From NCBI GenBank assembly GCA_039815185.1, contig JBCBZT010000099.1, positions 1 through 13,379 of the forward strand: a stretch of DNA of 13,379 nt, written 5' to 3'. A model generated the notes under the pieces. That model made no database searches and was not told where the DNA came from. It worked only from the letters and a program-made list of their open reading frames with translations. A program made the translations under genes and the position numbers. Positions within the stretch are counted from its first letter, which is position 1. Each line of letters starts with the position of its first letter. Shown piece by piece: positions 1-8,615 of this stretch. The stretch is from Cyanobacteria bacterium P01_A01_bin.123 (GTDB lineage Bacteria; Cyanobacteriota; Cyanobacteriia; Phormidesmidales; Phormidesmidaceae).

Positions 1-995
1 AGGGTAAAGCCACCAGCGGCGCAGTTGTCACTATTAAAATTACCCTGGCAATAACCAACACGTAGCCAATTGGCTACCAATTCAGTAAGACGCTGGCGAA
101 ATAGCTTAGCCAACTCAACCAATTGATCTGCAAAAACAAGGCTTTGATTAATGTCGCTTTTATATTCTCGCTCAATTAAATGTGACACTATCATACGCAA
201 TTCTTCTAATGCGCTTGGATGAGCATTGCTGCGATCGCGGCGGGCAAATAACTCTAGCTGACCCACGCGCAAAAAGGAGGGCGCAACGCGAGTTGAAATG
301 GCCACAGGATTATCCACCAAAACATCAGGCTCGGTGGAGTAGGAGTCTTGAGAATACCAAGGCCGGGTAACGGTCTCAGATTTAGAAACATACAGGGTCA
401 AAGAGCGCGATGTTGGAACACCTAAAGCGTGCATATAGTCTTGCGCTAGAAACTCACGCACACTTGAACGGAGTACTGCGCGCCCGTCGGCACCACGGCA
501 ATAAGGCGTTGGGCCACCCCCTTTCAGTTGCATTTCCCAGCGTTGGCCATTGATGATTCCTTCAAATACAGATATCGCCCGACCATCGCCATAACCATTA
601 CCCGTACCGAATGGACAATTTTGGATATATTCGGTGCCATAAATCGACAGTGCATACCCCGTCGCCCAGCCCACCTGACGCATAGGCTCATGGGCAGCAG
701 AGAGATCACCCGAAAATACCTGGCGAAATTTTTCATTAAGCGCCAGCTCATCGCTCAACCCAAGTTCCTTAAAAAAAGTGCTGCTATGGGCTACATATTC
801 TGGTTCTGCAAGCGGCGTGGGTGTCACAGGTACGAAATGGCCCGAAAAAACCTGGCGGGCACGGTGATCATCACCATCGACCGTGGCATCAGGATCGGCA
901 TTCAAGGTGTCCATCAGAGAATAATCCGCCAATTGCACAAACTCATCGAAGGTCGTTACGCAGGGCTTAGCAGGTGGTTTAGATGGATATGACAT
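1..995 (-). CDS. selO: Protein adenylyltransferase SelO/YdiU family (5' part; runs off the left edge)
   Basis: Not in the ORF track. Manual translation from ATG at 995 is open to base 1: [27 protein letters not shown]...[12 protein letters not shown]...[47 protein letters not shown]...[22 protein letters not shown]. The GDGR, QLKGxGx[14 protein letters not shown] and GxxNxDN motifs are diagnostic of SelO. Confidence 0.93.
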   Translation of the reverse strand, partial: MSYPSKPPAKPCVTTFDEFVQLADYSLMDTLNADPDATVDGDDHRARQVFSGHFVPVTPTPLAEPEYVAHSSTFFKELGLSDELALNEKFRQVFSGDLSAAHEPMRQVGWATGYALSIYGTEYIQNCPFGTGNGYGDGRAISVFEGIINGQRWEMQLKGGGPTPYCRGADGRAVLRSSVREFLAQDYMHALGVPTSRSLTLYVSKSETVTRPWYSQDSYSTEPDVLVDNPVAISTRVAPSFLRVGQLELFARRDRSNAHPSALEELRMIVSHLIEREYKSDINQSLVFADQLVELAKLFRQRLTELVANWLRVGYCQGNFNSDNCAAGGFT

Positions 996-1057
996 TGTTG
1001 CTAGCGACCGTATTAGTCAGTCGTCTTGAAGAAATTTCTCTAAGGATAGATCGAATC

Positions 1058-1184
1058 GTATAACGACCAAGATCACCGGGCGAACCAACACGAGTGATCG
1101 TGGAAAAACTAAAAACCTCAAATGAAGCGAACGACGTGGAAAAACCGAAAACGTAGCCAACTCCGGTGCATCGCTTTGTTATCC
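1058..1184 (-). mobile_element. Integron attC site (127 bp) of the DUF2200 cassette
   Basis: Minus strand: R'' GGATAAC (1184-1178), 14 nt after the DUF2200 stop, then AAAGCGATGCACCGGAG...CGCCCGGTGATCTTGGTC and R' GTTATAC (1064-1058). On the + (bottom) strand GAT-CACCGG-G pairs with C-(t)-CCGGTG-(c)-ATC, leaving two extrahelical bases. R'' is the exact complement of the GTTATCC core that starts this cassette. Confidence 0.8.
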
Positions 1185-1198
1185 GCCGGTATTTGCCG

Positions 1199-1564
<366 letters not shown>

Positions 1565-1620
1565 GTCTGGCTCCTCATCGTTTGTGTGACAAGCGAAATT
1601 GATTGTCGAGTCATTAGTGT

Positions 1621-1711
1621 GGATAACGGCTAGCGCGTCACCGGACGGCGACAATATTTGCATCATACCGATAGCATCTACCTCCGTTCCGTGTGCACGC
1701 GATGGTTAAGC
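1621..1711 (-). mobile_element. Integron attC site (91 bp) of the methyltransferase cassette
   Basis: Minus strand: R'' GCTTAAC (1711-1705), 3 nt after the stop, and R' GTTATCC (1627-1621). The bottom (+) strand folds CGCGT-CAC-CGGA-CGG against CCG-(t)-TCCG-(t)-GTG-(c)-ACGCG, giving three extrahelical bases (C,T,T), the canonical attC architecture. Confidence 0.85.
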
Positions 1712-1714
1712 CCA

Positions 1715-2296
1715 TTAGACTCGCTCCACTTCATAGTAATTATTTCGCCCTTCATCTACGTAGGTTTCCAATACGTGAAACTGGGCCTCTCGCAAGATAC
1801 TTTCGTATCGTTCCCGCCCGAGGGAACGGCACTTATGACCTGTGTTCATATCAGCCCAGATCCCAATTTCAACAGGTGCTGTGAACAAGAAACGACCTCC
1901 AAGTGATAGAAGTTCGGATACTCGGCGGATTAGCACGACCTGATCTTCTTCGCTCAAGAGGAAGATCAGTCCAATAGATATGACTGCACTGAACTTCCGC
2001 CCAAAGTAGTCACTTTCCAGGGCATGTGCGCATTCGACGGGAATATCTGGGAACCGGACTTTAAACTCGGATACAAGCGTAGGCGACGAATCTACTGCCC
2101 AAAGCTTTAATCCTGCGACGGCGAGTGTACGAGTAACAGGAATGCCACCGCCGCAAGCAATCTCAAGTACATCGCTACCAGCGGGGAGTGAGTGTGCCCA
2201 TTGTTCAATAACACCGATGCCTATCGTCGAACGATCCCGGACGTTTAAGAATTTTCGAGCATGATTCTCGTATGCTCTTGCTGAATCTGAAAACAT
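1715..2296 (-). CDS. Class I SAM-dependent methyltransferase (gene cassette)
   Basis: Motif I VLEIACGGG, acidic motif II AVDSS, and a late LxxGGRFLF motif. AAGGA RBS. A GTTAGGC core lies ~21 nt upstream of the ATG and an attC directly downstream. Confidence 0.88.
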   Translation of the reverse strand: MFSDSARAYENHARKFLNVRDRSTIGIGVIEQWAHSLPAGSDVLEIACGGGIPVTRTLAVAGLKLWAVDSSPTLVSEFKVRFPDIPVECAHALESDYFGRKFSAVISIGLIFLLSEEDQVVLIRRVSELLSLGGRFLFTAPVEIGIWADMNTGHKCRSLGRERYESILREAQFHVLETYVDEGRNNYYEVERV

Positions 2297-2317
2297 ATCC
2301 TTAAGGTGAGAGCCGGG

Positions 2318-2324
2318 GCCTAAC
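2318..2324 (-). other. Cassette 5' recombination core GTTAGGC (start of array)
   Basis: Matches GTTRRRY and is 6/7 complementary to this cassette's R'' GCTTAAC. No attC stem or recognisable attI is seen upstream. Confidence 0.55.
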
Positions 2325-2501
2325 TATCTCACTATAATCATCCCCCCGCTGCACGACAGCGCCATAGACCCATCGCCTATTCTGGTCATGCTAGACAGCC
2401 CGCTTGACGGCGCTTTAAGCGGTCGGCTTACGTCGATAGCGATCGCAGCAGGAATCGTCAAGCTATAAGATAATCGTACAAAATTATCCCCCAGCAACGA
2501 T

Positions 2502-3344
2502 ATGGACTGGCTGCTAGACCCCTTGAATTACGAGTTTATGCGGCAAGCGCTCATGGCGGGGGTGCTGATGGGCATTTTGTGTCCGATTGTGGGCACTTAC
2601 CTGCTGGTGCAGCGGATGGCGCTGTTGGGAGATGTGGTGGCCCATGCGGTACTGCCAGGGCTGGCGATCGCCAACTTCCTTAATATTCCTTTGATCACCG
2701 GAGCCTTTGTCTTTGGGATGTTCGGCACCTTTGTCACTGGCTGGATTCGCTCGCAATCTAAAGTTAAGGTCGATGCGGCCATGGCCATCACCCTCTCCAG
2801 CTTTTTCTCCCTCGGCATCATCCTGCTCACCAGCCTGCGCAGCCGCTTTGATCTCGAAGAGCTGCTTTTTGGCGATATCCTCAGCATTGCCCCAGCAGAT
2901 GTGTGGGAAATTGGGTTTGTGACGCTTGCTGTGTTGGTTGGCGTGAAGGTGTTCTATAAGGAGCTGTTGTTTTTTACGTTTGACCCGTTAGGTGCAGAAG
3001 CAGTTGGCCTGCCGGTGGCTGTGATGAATGTTGGGTTAATGGCTGCCATTACGCTGACGATTGTAGCCAGCATCAAGGCGGTAGGCTTCATTTTGGTGGT
3101 GGCGCTGATGGTGAGCCCGGCAGCGGCAGCCTATTTGCTCACCAAAGAACTGCACTGGATGATGGCAGTGGGCGCAGGGTTGGGGGTGCTGTCTTGCCTG
3201 ACGGGGATGTACATTAGCTACTATCTCGATACGCCGTCTGGCCCTGCGATCGCGCTAACGCTGTTTGCCTGCTTTCTATCGGCGTTGTTGTTTAGTCCGA
3301 GTCAGGGGATTTTGACCCGCAGCCGAGGGCAAACTAACGCTTGA
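2502..3344 (+). CDS. znuB: Zn/Mn ABC transporter permease (ABC-3 family)
   Basis: Hydrophobic 280 aa with ALLGDVVAHAVLPGLA, LFGDIL, TFDP..A...G and D.PSGPAI motifs. Zn versus Mn specificity is inferred only from the Zur boxes and the His-rich binding protein. Confidence 0.88.
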   Translation: MDWLLDPLNYEFMRQALMAGVLMGILCPIVGTYLLVQRMALLGDVVAHAVLPGLAIANFLNIPLITGAFVFGMFGTFVTGWIRSQSKVKVDAAMAITLSSFFSLGIILLTSLRSRFDLEELLFGDILSIAPADVWEIGFVTLAVLVGVKVFYKELLFFTFDPLGAEAVGLPVAVMNVGLMAAITLTIVASIKAVGFILVVALMVSPAAAAYLLTKELHWMMAVGAGLGVLSCLTGMYISYYLDTPSGPAIALTLFACFLSALLFSPSQGILTRSRGQTNA

Positions 3345-3353
3345 TTCTAAGCT

Positions 3354-3402
3354 GGAGTATGATATCAATTCGTGTAAAAATGGGTTACATCTCTTGAAAG
3401 TC
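3354..3402 (+). repeat. Left terminal inverted repeat
   Basis: GGAGTATGATATCAATTCGTGTAAAAATGGGTTACATCTCTTGAAAGTC. Confidence 0.8.
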
Positions 3403-3546
3403 CAGCATGACAATGGCTTCGAGACCTAAATATTCAATAATTCTGAGCTGGTCACGTTCCCGTCATTAGTTTTAGCCGCAGAAAATATTTTTTAGGCGCA
3501 AGCATCCTCACCGCAAACGCTCTTGAGTGGCTGCGGCGCGGGGCAA

Positions 3547-3933
3547 CTATTCCGTCTTCTGGCCAGCAAAAGTGCATTCCACAGTGATTTTGAGGCTGCA
3601 CTCAGCGGTCCCCCTGGTGACGTAAGGTACCCCCGCTTCACCACCCAAGTTGATGCCGAATTCAAGTTGCACTTTATCCACCTCAGCCGACCCTAGTTTG
3701 CGAAATGCATTCAGGGTACGACGAGTGTAAGTTTCGATGGTGGTCTCCATCGCCGCAAAACTCTGCATCGCCTTGCGCGTGGCATCTTCGATCGCACCTT
3801 TATCCCCTAAGTCTAGGTCAGCGCGAGTCAGTTCTCGGCTGGGAGCGGCTGGGAGTTGCACCTGCACATCGGTGGCAGGCTCAACGTAAATGATGGTATC
3901 AGTATCAATTTGAATCGGAATGAGCTGGGTCAT
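3547..3933 (-). CDS. CU044_2847 family / Trypco1-like protease-associated small protein
   Basis: C-terminal VQLEFGINLGGEAGVPYVTRGTAECSLKITV beta-hairpin signature, preceded by a helical segment. Adjacent to a caspase gene, as expected for this family. Confidence 0.78.
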   Translation of the reverse strand: MTQLIPIQIDTDTIIYVEPATDVQVQLPAAPSRELTRADLDLGDKGAIEDATRKAMQSFAAMETTIETYTRRTLNAFRKLGSAEVDKVQLEFGINLGGEAGVPYVTRGTAECSLKITVECTFAGQKTE

Positions 3934-4020
3934 GGTCCCGCTTCGAAAATAATGGGGTTAGCTTTATATAAAATATCAGTGTCCCCGGCTCACCTTAGTA
4001 AACAATTTTGTTGCATCGCT

Positions 4021-7000
4021 ATGACTCGCGCCGCCCTTGTTGTAGGCATCAACACCTACACCTACTTTCAAGATCTAAAGGCACCCTCCCATGATGCGGA
4101 GGAAATTGCCCAGCGGTTGCAAAAAGATGGTGAGTTCAAGGTCACTCGACTGCCAGAGGCGATCACCCAGGATTGTGGGCAAAATACCCCGATTATAGGT
4201 AAAACCCTAGCCATTTCCCAAATTCAACTTGAAACTGCCCTAAAACAATTATTTTTGCCCAAAAGTCATCAGCGTCCGAAGACAGCCCTGTTCTATTTCT
4301 CAGGGCATGGCCTCCGCGATGAAGAGGGTGATGACGGATTGGATAAAGGATACCTCGTTACAAGCGATACGGACCCGCACAAGTCTCGACCCGGGCTATC
4401 TCTTGCCTGGTTGCAAAACCTGCTTAAGCGTAGCCAAATTCAACAACAAATCGTCTGGTTAGACTGCTGTCATAGCGGTTCATTCCTGATTAATATCGAG
4501 GCCGCTAACCCTGGGCAATCCCCGAACCGAGATCGCTGTTTCATCGCCTCATCTCGGAGTTTTGCAAAGTCCTGGCAAGACCTGAACAGCCCTTACAGCG
4601 TATTGACGAAAGCCCTGCTGGATGGGCTCAACCCAAAGGTTCATGTAGTCTCTGACGACTGGATTGATACATTTGCCCTTACTACCTATGTGAAACAATC
4701 TTTGCGAAAAGAACAGCAGACTCCAGTCTGCACAAACTTTGGTACCCCCATTCCTCTGATACGAGTGGACTCAGAATCAGTCATCTTTCCGGGAGTGAAC
4801 GATGATGCCATTTGTCCCTACAAAGGCTTGGAGTATTTTGAGTTTAATGATGAAGACCCCAAGTATTTCTTTGGTCGAGAACAGCTGATCGATGAGCTAT
4901 TAGATCAGGTCCGGATGAAAAATTTTGTGGCTCTAATTGGTGCATCTGGAAGTGGCAAGTCCTCAGTCTTATTCGCAGGTTTGCTTCATCAACTGAGTCT
5001 TGGTCAGCGCGTTGTGGGCAGTGACCAGTGGCAGATTTATGTCACTCGCCCCGATCAACATCCTCTTCAAAATCTGGCCTTGGCATTTGTAGAGGAAGGG
5101 CTTTCTGACCTGAAACAAGACGAAGCGCGGAGACATGCTAGCGACCTGATCAGCAAGGGAGCATCCGGACTCCAAAGTCTTGTTCAAAAATCACCTGCTC
5201 CCAAAGTCATCCTTGTTATTGATCAATTTGAAGAAGTCTTTACCCGTTGTGCAGACTCAAAAGAACGGGAACAATTTCTTGCCTGCATCATGGGTGCCTT
5301 GGCAAAAACCGGCAACAAGCTAAGGCTGATCATCGCTATGCGAGCTGACTTTGTTGGTAAGTGCTTGGAGCAAGAGTACAGTGGCCTTGCTCAGCAGTTG
5401 ACATTGGGAACCGTGAATGTGCTGCCGATGACGGAAGATGAGCTGATAGCAGCGATCCGTAAACCCGCTGCTCAAGTTGGCCTGGCGGTTGATGATGCAC
5501 TAGTGACACAAATCCTGGCTGACATTAATGGGGAACCCGGCAGTCTACCCTTACTGCAATACACCCTGAAGACACTGTGGCAAGAATGCAAAGGGAATCG
5601 TTTACTGTTTTCGACTTATCGATCTTTAGGGGGTATTAACGGCACCTTAGATAAACGCGCCACTGAAATTTACCAGGGCTTTGACCCGGCGCAACAACGG
5701 ACTGTACAACACATCTTTCAGCAACTGACCCAACTGGGCGAAGGTACTGCCGACACTCGTCGCCGGGTGTTTCTAGACAATTTGAACTCGGAACCGCAGC
5801 ATCCAGCAGAGCAGGTCAAGCAGGTTATTGAGATCCTCGCGAATAGAGAGAATCGCCTCTTGGTGACCAATGAAGTAGTGCGTAAGGACGGGCGGCATCC
5901 GGTAGTGGATGTAGCCCACGAAGCCCTCATTAGTCATTGGCGATTGCTCAAGCAGTGGATTGAACAAGACAGAGACTTGTTGCGCCAGCAAAGGCGCATT
6001 GAAACCAATGCCGTCACCTGGCAAGAGCATAATCAGGCAAAAGGTTATCTTTTACAGGGATTTCTCCTCAAGGAAGCGCTCCGGTTTCAGAAGCAGCAGT
6101 CAGAGACCCTGCCCCTTTCAGGTTCTGCACGAAACTTCCTTAAACGAAGTCTTTGGCAGCGACGCTGGGATCAACTAAAAATAGCAAGCCTAACAGTTTT
6201 GCTTGTCCCTACTGCCATAGACTACGCGCTTCACCGACAGGAGGTAGAGCAGCATTACACCAAACTAAACGGCGCAGACAAAGCTGTAGAGCGAGAAAGC
6301 GTACTCTTCCTTACTCAGCATTGTCTACAACGGCAAGGAAAGTTGACGGGCTACATAATTGAGCGAACCATAAACCAATATTGTCGTTCACTTGCAAACA
6401 GAACTTTTACTGATGGGGCTAACCTCAGCGGCGTCAATCTCCTCTATGCCACGCTCAGCAATGCCGACCTAAGCGATGCTAACCTCAACGGTGCTAACTT
6501 CAATATTACCGACCTTCGCCGTGCCGACCTCCGCCGTGCTGACCTCCGTGAAGCCACCCTCAACGGTGCTGACCTCAGAAACACTAAACTCAGCGACGCC
6601 GACCTCCGTGAGGCTACACTCATTGAAGCTAATCTCACCAACGCCATTCTCTTTGAGGCTGACCTCAGAAACGCTGACCTCAGCGACGCTGACCTCCGTG
6701 AGGCTACCCTCAGCGCTGTAGACTTCTTCGGAGCCAATCTCTTTACAGCCAACATCAGCAACGCCACTCTTATCTACGCCACCCTCACCAATGCTAATCT
6801 CAGTTACGCTAACCTCAGCGGAGCCGACCTCAAAAGTGCTAATCTCTGGGGGGCTGACCTCAGATACGCCACCCTCAAAGATGCTGACCTCTTAGAAGCT
6901 GATCTCACCACCGCCAACCTTAGTAGTGCCAACCTCGACAACGCCAATCTTAGCGGCGCTATTCTCGAACACGCTTACCTTAGTGGCGGATTTACAGCCA

Positions 7001-7401
7001 ATAGCGTGGGAGCTAACCTCAGTGGCGCCAACCTTTCTGAAGCCAATGTCTATAGCGCCAACCTCGTCGGAGCCAACCTCTCTGAAGCCGACCTCAGCTA
7101 CGCCAGCCTCGTTGAGGCCGATCTCTCTAAAGCAGACCTTTCTAACGCCGACTTGTCGGGGGCCTTCTTAGCTGCTACAGACTTACGCTCCGCAGAAAAC
7201 CTAACGTCTGATCAGCTAACTGGCGAGGATCAGCCCTATCTCTGCAATGTGGCTCTGCCCAATTACATCACGGGTATTGACCCGAATCGTGATTGCAGTC
7301 GCCTTCCACAAGTCCTAGTAAATCGATATGGTTTGACCATCGAATACGCTGAGCAGCTAGTCCAAAGAATTCGTGCGTATCAATTCCATGTGCTAGATTA
7401 G
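4021..7401 (+). CDS. Caspase (peptidase C14)-nSTAND1-type NTPase-pentapeptide repeat protein
   Basis: Start MTRAALVVGIN at ATG 4021. Intact dyad YFSGHG (His 4306-4308) and WLDCCHSG (Cys 4468-4470). CPYKGL..F....FFGRE, Walker A GASGSGKS, Walker B LVIDQFEE, PGSLPLLQYTL and VAHEALI..W motifs. C-terminal A(D/N)LxxA pentapeptide repeats. Confidence 0.92.
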   Translation: MTRAALVVGINTYTYFQDLKAPSHDAEEIAQRLQKDGEFKVTRLPEAITQDCGQNTPIIGKTLAISQIQLETALKQLFLPKSHQRPKTALFYFSGHGLRDEEGDDGLDKGYLVTSDTDPHKSRPGLSLAWLQNLLKRSQIQQQIVWLDCCHSGSFLINIEAANPGQSPNRDRCFIASSRSFAKSWQDLNSPYSVLTKALLDGLNPKVHVVSDDWIDTFALTTYVKQSLRKEQQTPVCTNFGTPIPLIRVDSESVIFPGVNDDAICPYKGLEYFEFNDEDPKYFFGREQLIDELLDQVRMKNFVALIGASGSGKSSVLFAGLLHQLSLGQRVVGSDQWQIYVTRPDQHPLQNLALAFVEEGLSDLKQDEARRHASDLISKGASGLQSLVQKSPAPKVILVIDQFEEVFTRCADSKEREQFLACIMGALAKTGNKLRLIIAMRADFVGKCLEQEYSGLAQQLTLGTVNVLPMTEDELIAAIRKPAAQVGLAVDDALVTQILADINGEPGSLPLLQYTLKTLWQECKGNRLLFSTYRSLGGINGTLDKRATEIYQGFDPAQQRTVQHIFQQLTQLGEGTADTRRRVFLDNLNSEPQHPAEQVKQVIEILANRENRLLVTNEVVRKDGRHPVVDVAHEALISHWRLLKQWIEQDRDLLRQQRRIETNAVTWQEHNQAKGYLLQGFLLKEALRFQKQQSETLPLSGSARNFLKRSLWQRRWDQLKIASLTVLLVPTAIDYALHRQEVEQHYTKLNGADKAVERESVLFLTQHCLQRQGKLTGYIIERTINQYCRSLANRTFTDGANLSGVNLLYATLSNADLSDANLNGANFNITDLRRADLRRADLREATLNGADLRNTKLSDADLREATLIEANLTNAILFEADLRNADLSDADLREATLSAVDFFGANLFTANISNATLIYATLTNANLSYANLSGADLKSANLWGADLRYATLKDADLLEADLTTANLSSANLDNANLSGAILEHAYLSGGFTANSVGANLSGANLSEANVYSANLVGANLSEADLSYASLVEADLSKADLSNADLSGAFLAATDLRSAENLTSDQLTGEDQPYLCNVALPNYITGIDPNRDCSRLPQVLVNRYGLTIEYAEQLVQRIRAYQFHVLD
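6418..7200 (+). repeat. Pentapeptide repeat coding region (15-nt period)
   Basis: Recurring GCT/GCC-GAC/AAC-CTC units encoding ADL/ANL pentapeptides. Confidence 0.9.
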
Positions 7402-7780
7402 CTCTTTAGCGGCTTTAAGCTGATGGTGCGGTGTAGATCGGGATAGTCAATCTGAGCTTGGTTGGCTGCATCTATGCCTCTCTCAAGAGAACCAGTATTT
7501 ACTGCTTCGGAATAGTTGCACCCCAGCGGCAACCACTCTCCATATATAGCAAGGGTTCACAGAATCGAGTGAACGATGAATCAGGCGTTTCTAACCATAA
7601 CTCGGGAGTGGTATAGTCCAAAATTAGTCCGCTGGGTTATTTTTCGACTTCGCTGACGCAATTTCTGCCGTTGCTAGAACGTAGTCTACAAGCGATCTGA
7701 TGGTGCGCTAATCTCAACCCCAAATCCTCCCTGAATGCTGAAATGGACTATTCCAAGAGACTGTAGGCATTTCTCTGCAA

Positions 7781-7829
7781 GACTTTCAGGAGATGTGAGT
7801 CGTCTTTACACGAATCGGTGCCATACTCC
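7781..7829 (-). repeat. Right terminal inverted repeat
   Basis: Reverse complement reads GGAGTATGGCACCGATTCGTGTAAAGACGACTCACATCTCCTGAAAGTC. Confidence 0.8.
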
Positions 7830-7832
7830 AAG

Positions 7833-8576
7833 CTAGCAGACAAACGTAATGTCGTTCTGATCGTGCAGAGCCGCTTGAATATTTGACCCGTAGGCTTGTT
7901 GAATATTTTCCATCGTCATCACGGCTTGCGGCGTATCGTTGGCTAGCACGCGGCGATTGAGTAACAGCAGGCGATCATAGCGATTGAGTGCCTCACCCCA
8001 CTCATGACTGCAAACCAGCAGCGTTTTACCCTGCTGGCTGAGGTCGGCGAAAATGCTCAGCATAACGGCTTCCGTTTTTTTATCGATGCCGCTGAACGGC
8101 TCGTCTAGCAAAAACAAATTGGGCTGCTGGGCCAAGGCACGAGCTAGAAAAACACGCTGCTGCTGACCGCCCGAGAGCTGACCGATAGGACGGTTTTTGA
8201 GGGGTAACATCTCCACCCGATCTAGCGCTGCACTCACTCGTTTTTTGGCTTTGGCATCGGGCGATCGCCCCCAGCCGAGGGCCCTTGCCTGCGCCATCAT
8301 CACCACATTCCAAGCCGTGACCGGATAGTCCCAATCAATTTGCGATCGCTGCGGTACATAGGCGACCTGCCGTCTCTGTCGCTTCAGCAAAGCCCCATTC
8401 AATAAAATCTGGCCCCGATAGGGCGTTAGACCCAGAATCGCTTTGACTAGGGTGCTCTTTCCCGCGCCGTTAGGACCAATGAGCCCTACCCATTCGCCTG
8501 GGCGCAACGTCAGCGAAACCCCTGTGAGTGCTTCGATACCTCGATAGTTAACCGACAAATTCTGGACCGTTAGCAT
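7833..8576 (-). CDS. znuC: Zn/Mn ABC transporter ATP-binding protein
   Basis: Walker A GPNGAGKST, Q-loop YVPQRSQIDWDYP, signature LSGGQQQR, Walker B LLDEP and H-loop SHE. Likely start MLTVQNL at 8576; alternative ATG at 8588. Confidence 0.9.
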   Translation of the reverse strand: MLTVQNLSVNYRGIEALTGVSLTLRPGEWVGLIGPNGAGKSTLVKAILGLTPYRGQILLNGALLKRQRRQVAYVPQRSQIDWDYPVTAWNVVMMAQARALGWGRSPDAKAKKRVSAALDRVEMLPLKNRPIGQLSGGQQQRVFLARALAQQPNLFLLDEPFSGIDKKTEAVMLSIFADLSQQGKTLLVCSHEWGEALNRYDRLLLLNRRVLANDTPQAVMTMENIQQAYGSNIQAALHDQNDITFVC

Positions 8577-8615
8577 AGTAAAGAACAATAATCGGCAAGC
8601 TTATATCTACAGCTT

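Larger units (their letters stand above)
3354..7829. mobile_element. Putative non-autonomous transposable element (4,476 bp) with terminal inverted repeats and a 5-bp direct repeat
   Basis: 3354-3402 versus the reverse complement of 7781-7829 gives 39/49 identical, ungapped. Both ends are flanked by AAGCT (3349-3353 and 7830-7834). No transposase ORF and no HIP1 octamer seen inside. Confidence 0.68.

Noticed and set aside
182..992. Track ORFs 182-370, 524-751 and 528-992
   Set aside because: They are shadows of the minus-strand selO frame, which carries the conserved motifs.
1565..1666. N-terminal extension of DUF2200 given by the track
   Set aside because: It begins inside the attC; ATG 1564 has a clear RBS and family-like sequence starts there.
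2318..2324. GTTAGGC being the exact complement of the distant attC R'' GCCTAAC (11949-11955), implying a link
   Set aside because: This is the commonest core sequence, and the geometry does not define a cassette.
2469..2488. GATAAT-N8-ATTATC upstream of the permease as a Zur box
   Set aside because: The spacing does not fit the 7-1-7 consensus.
3856..4020. Upstream start for the caspase gene
   Set aside because: It overlaps the divergent gene; the caspase fold starts at MTRAALVVGIN (4021).
6444..7171. Alternative-frame ORFs in the pentapeptide region
   Set aside because: They are stop-poor shadows of the repeat-coding sequence.
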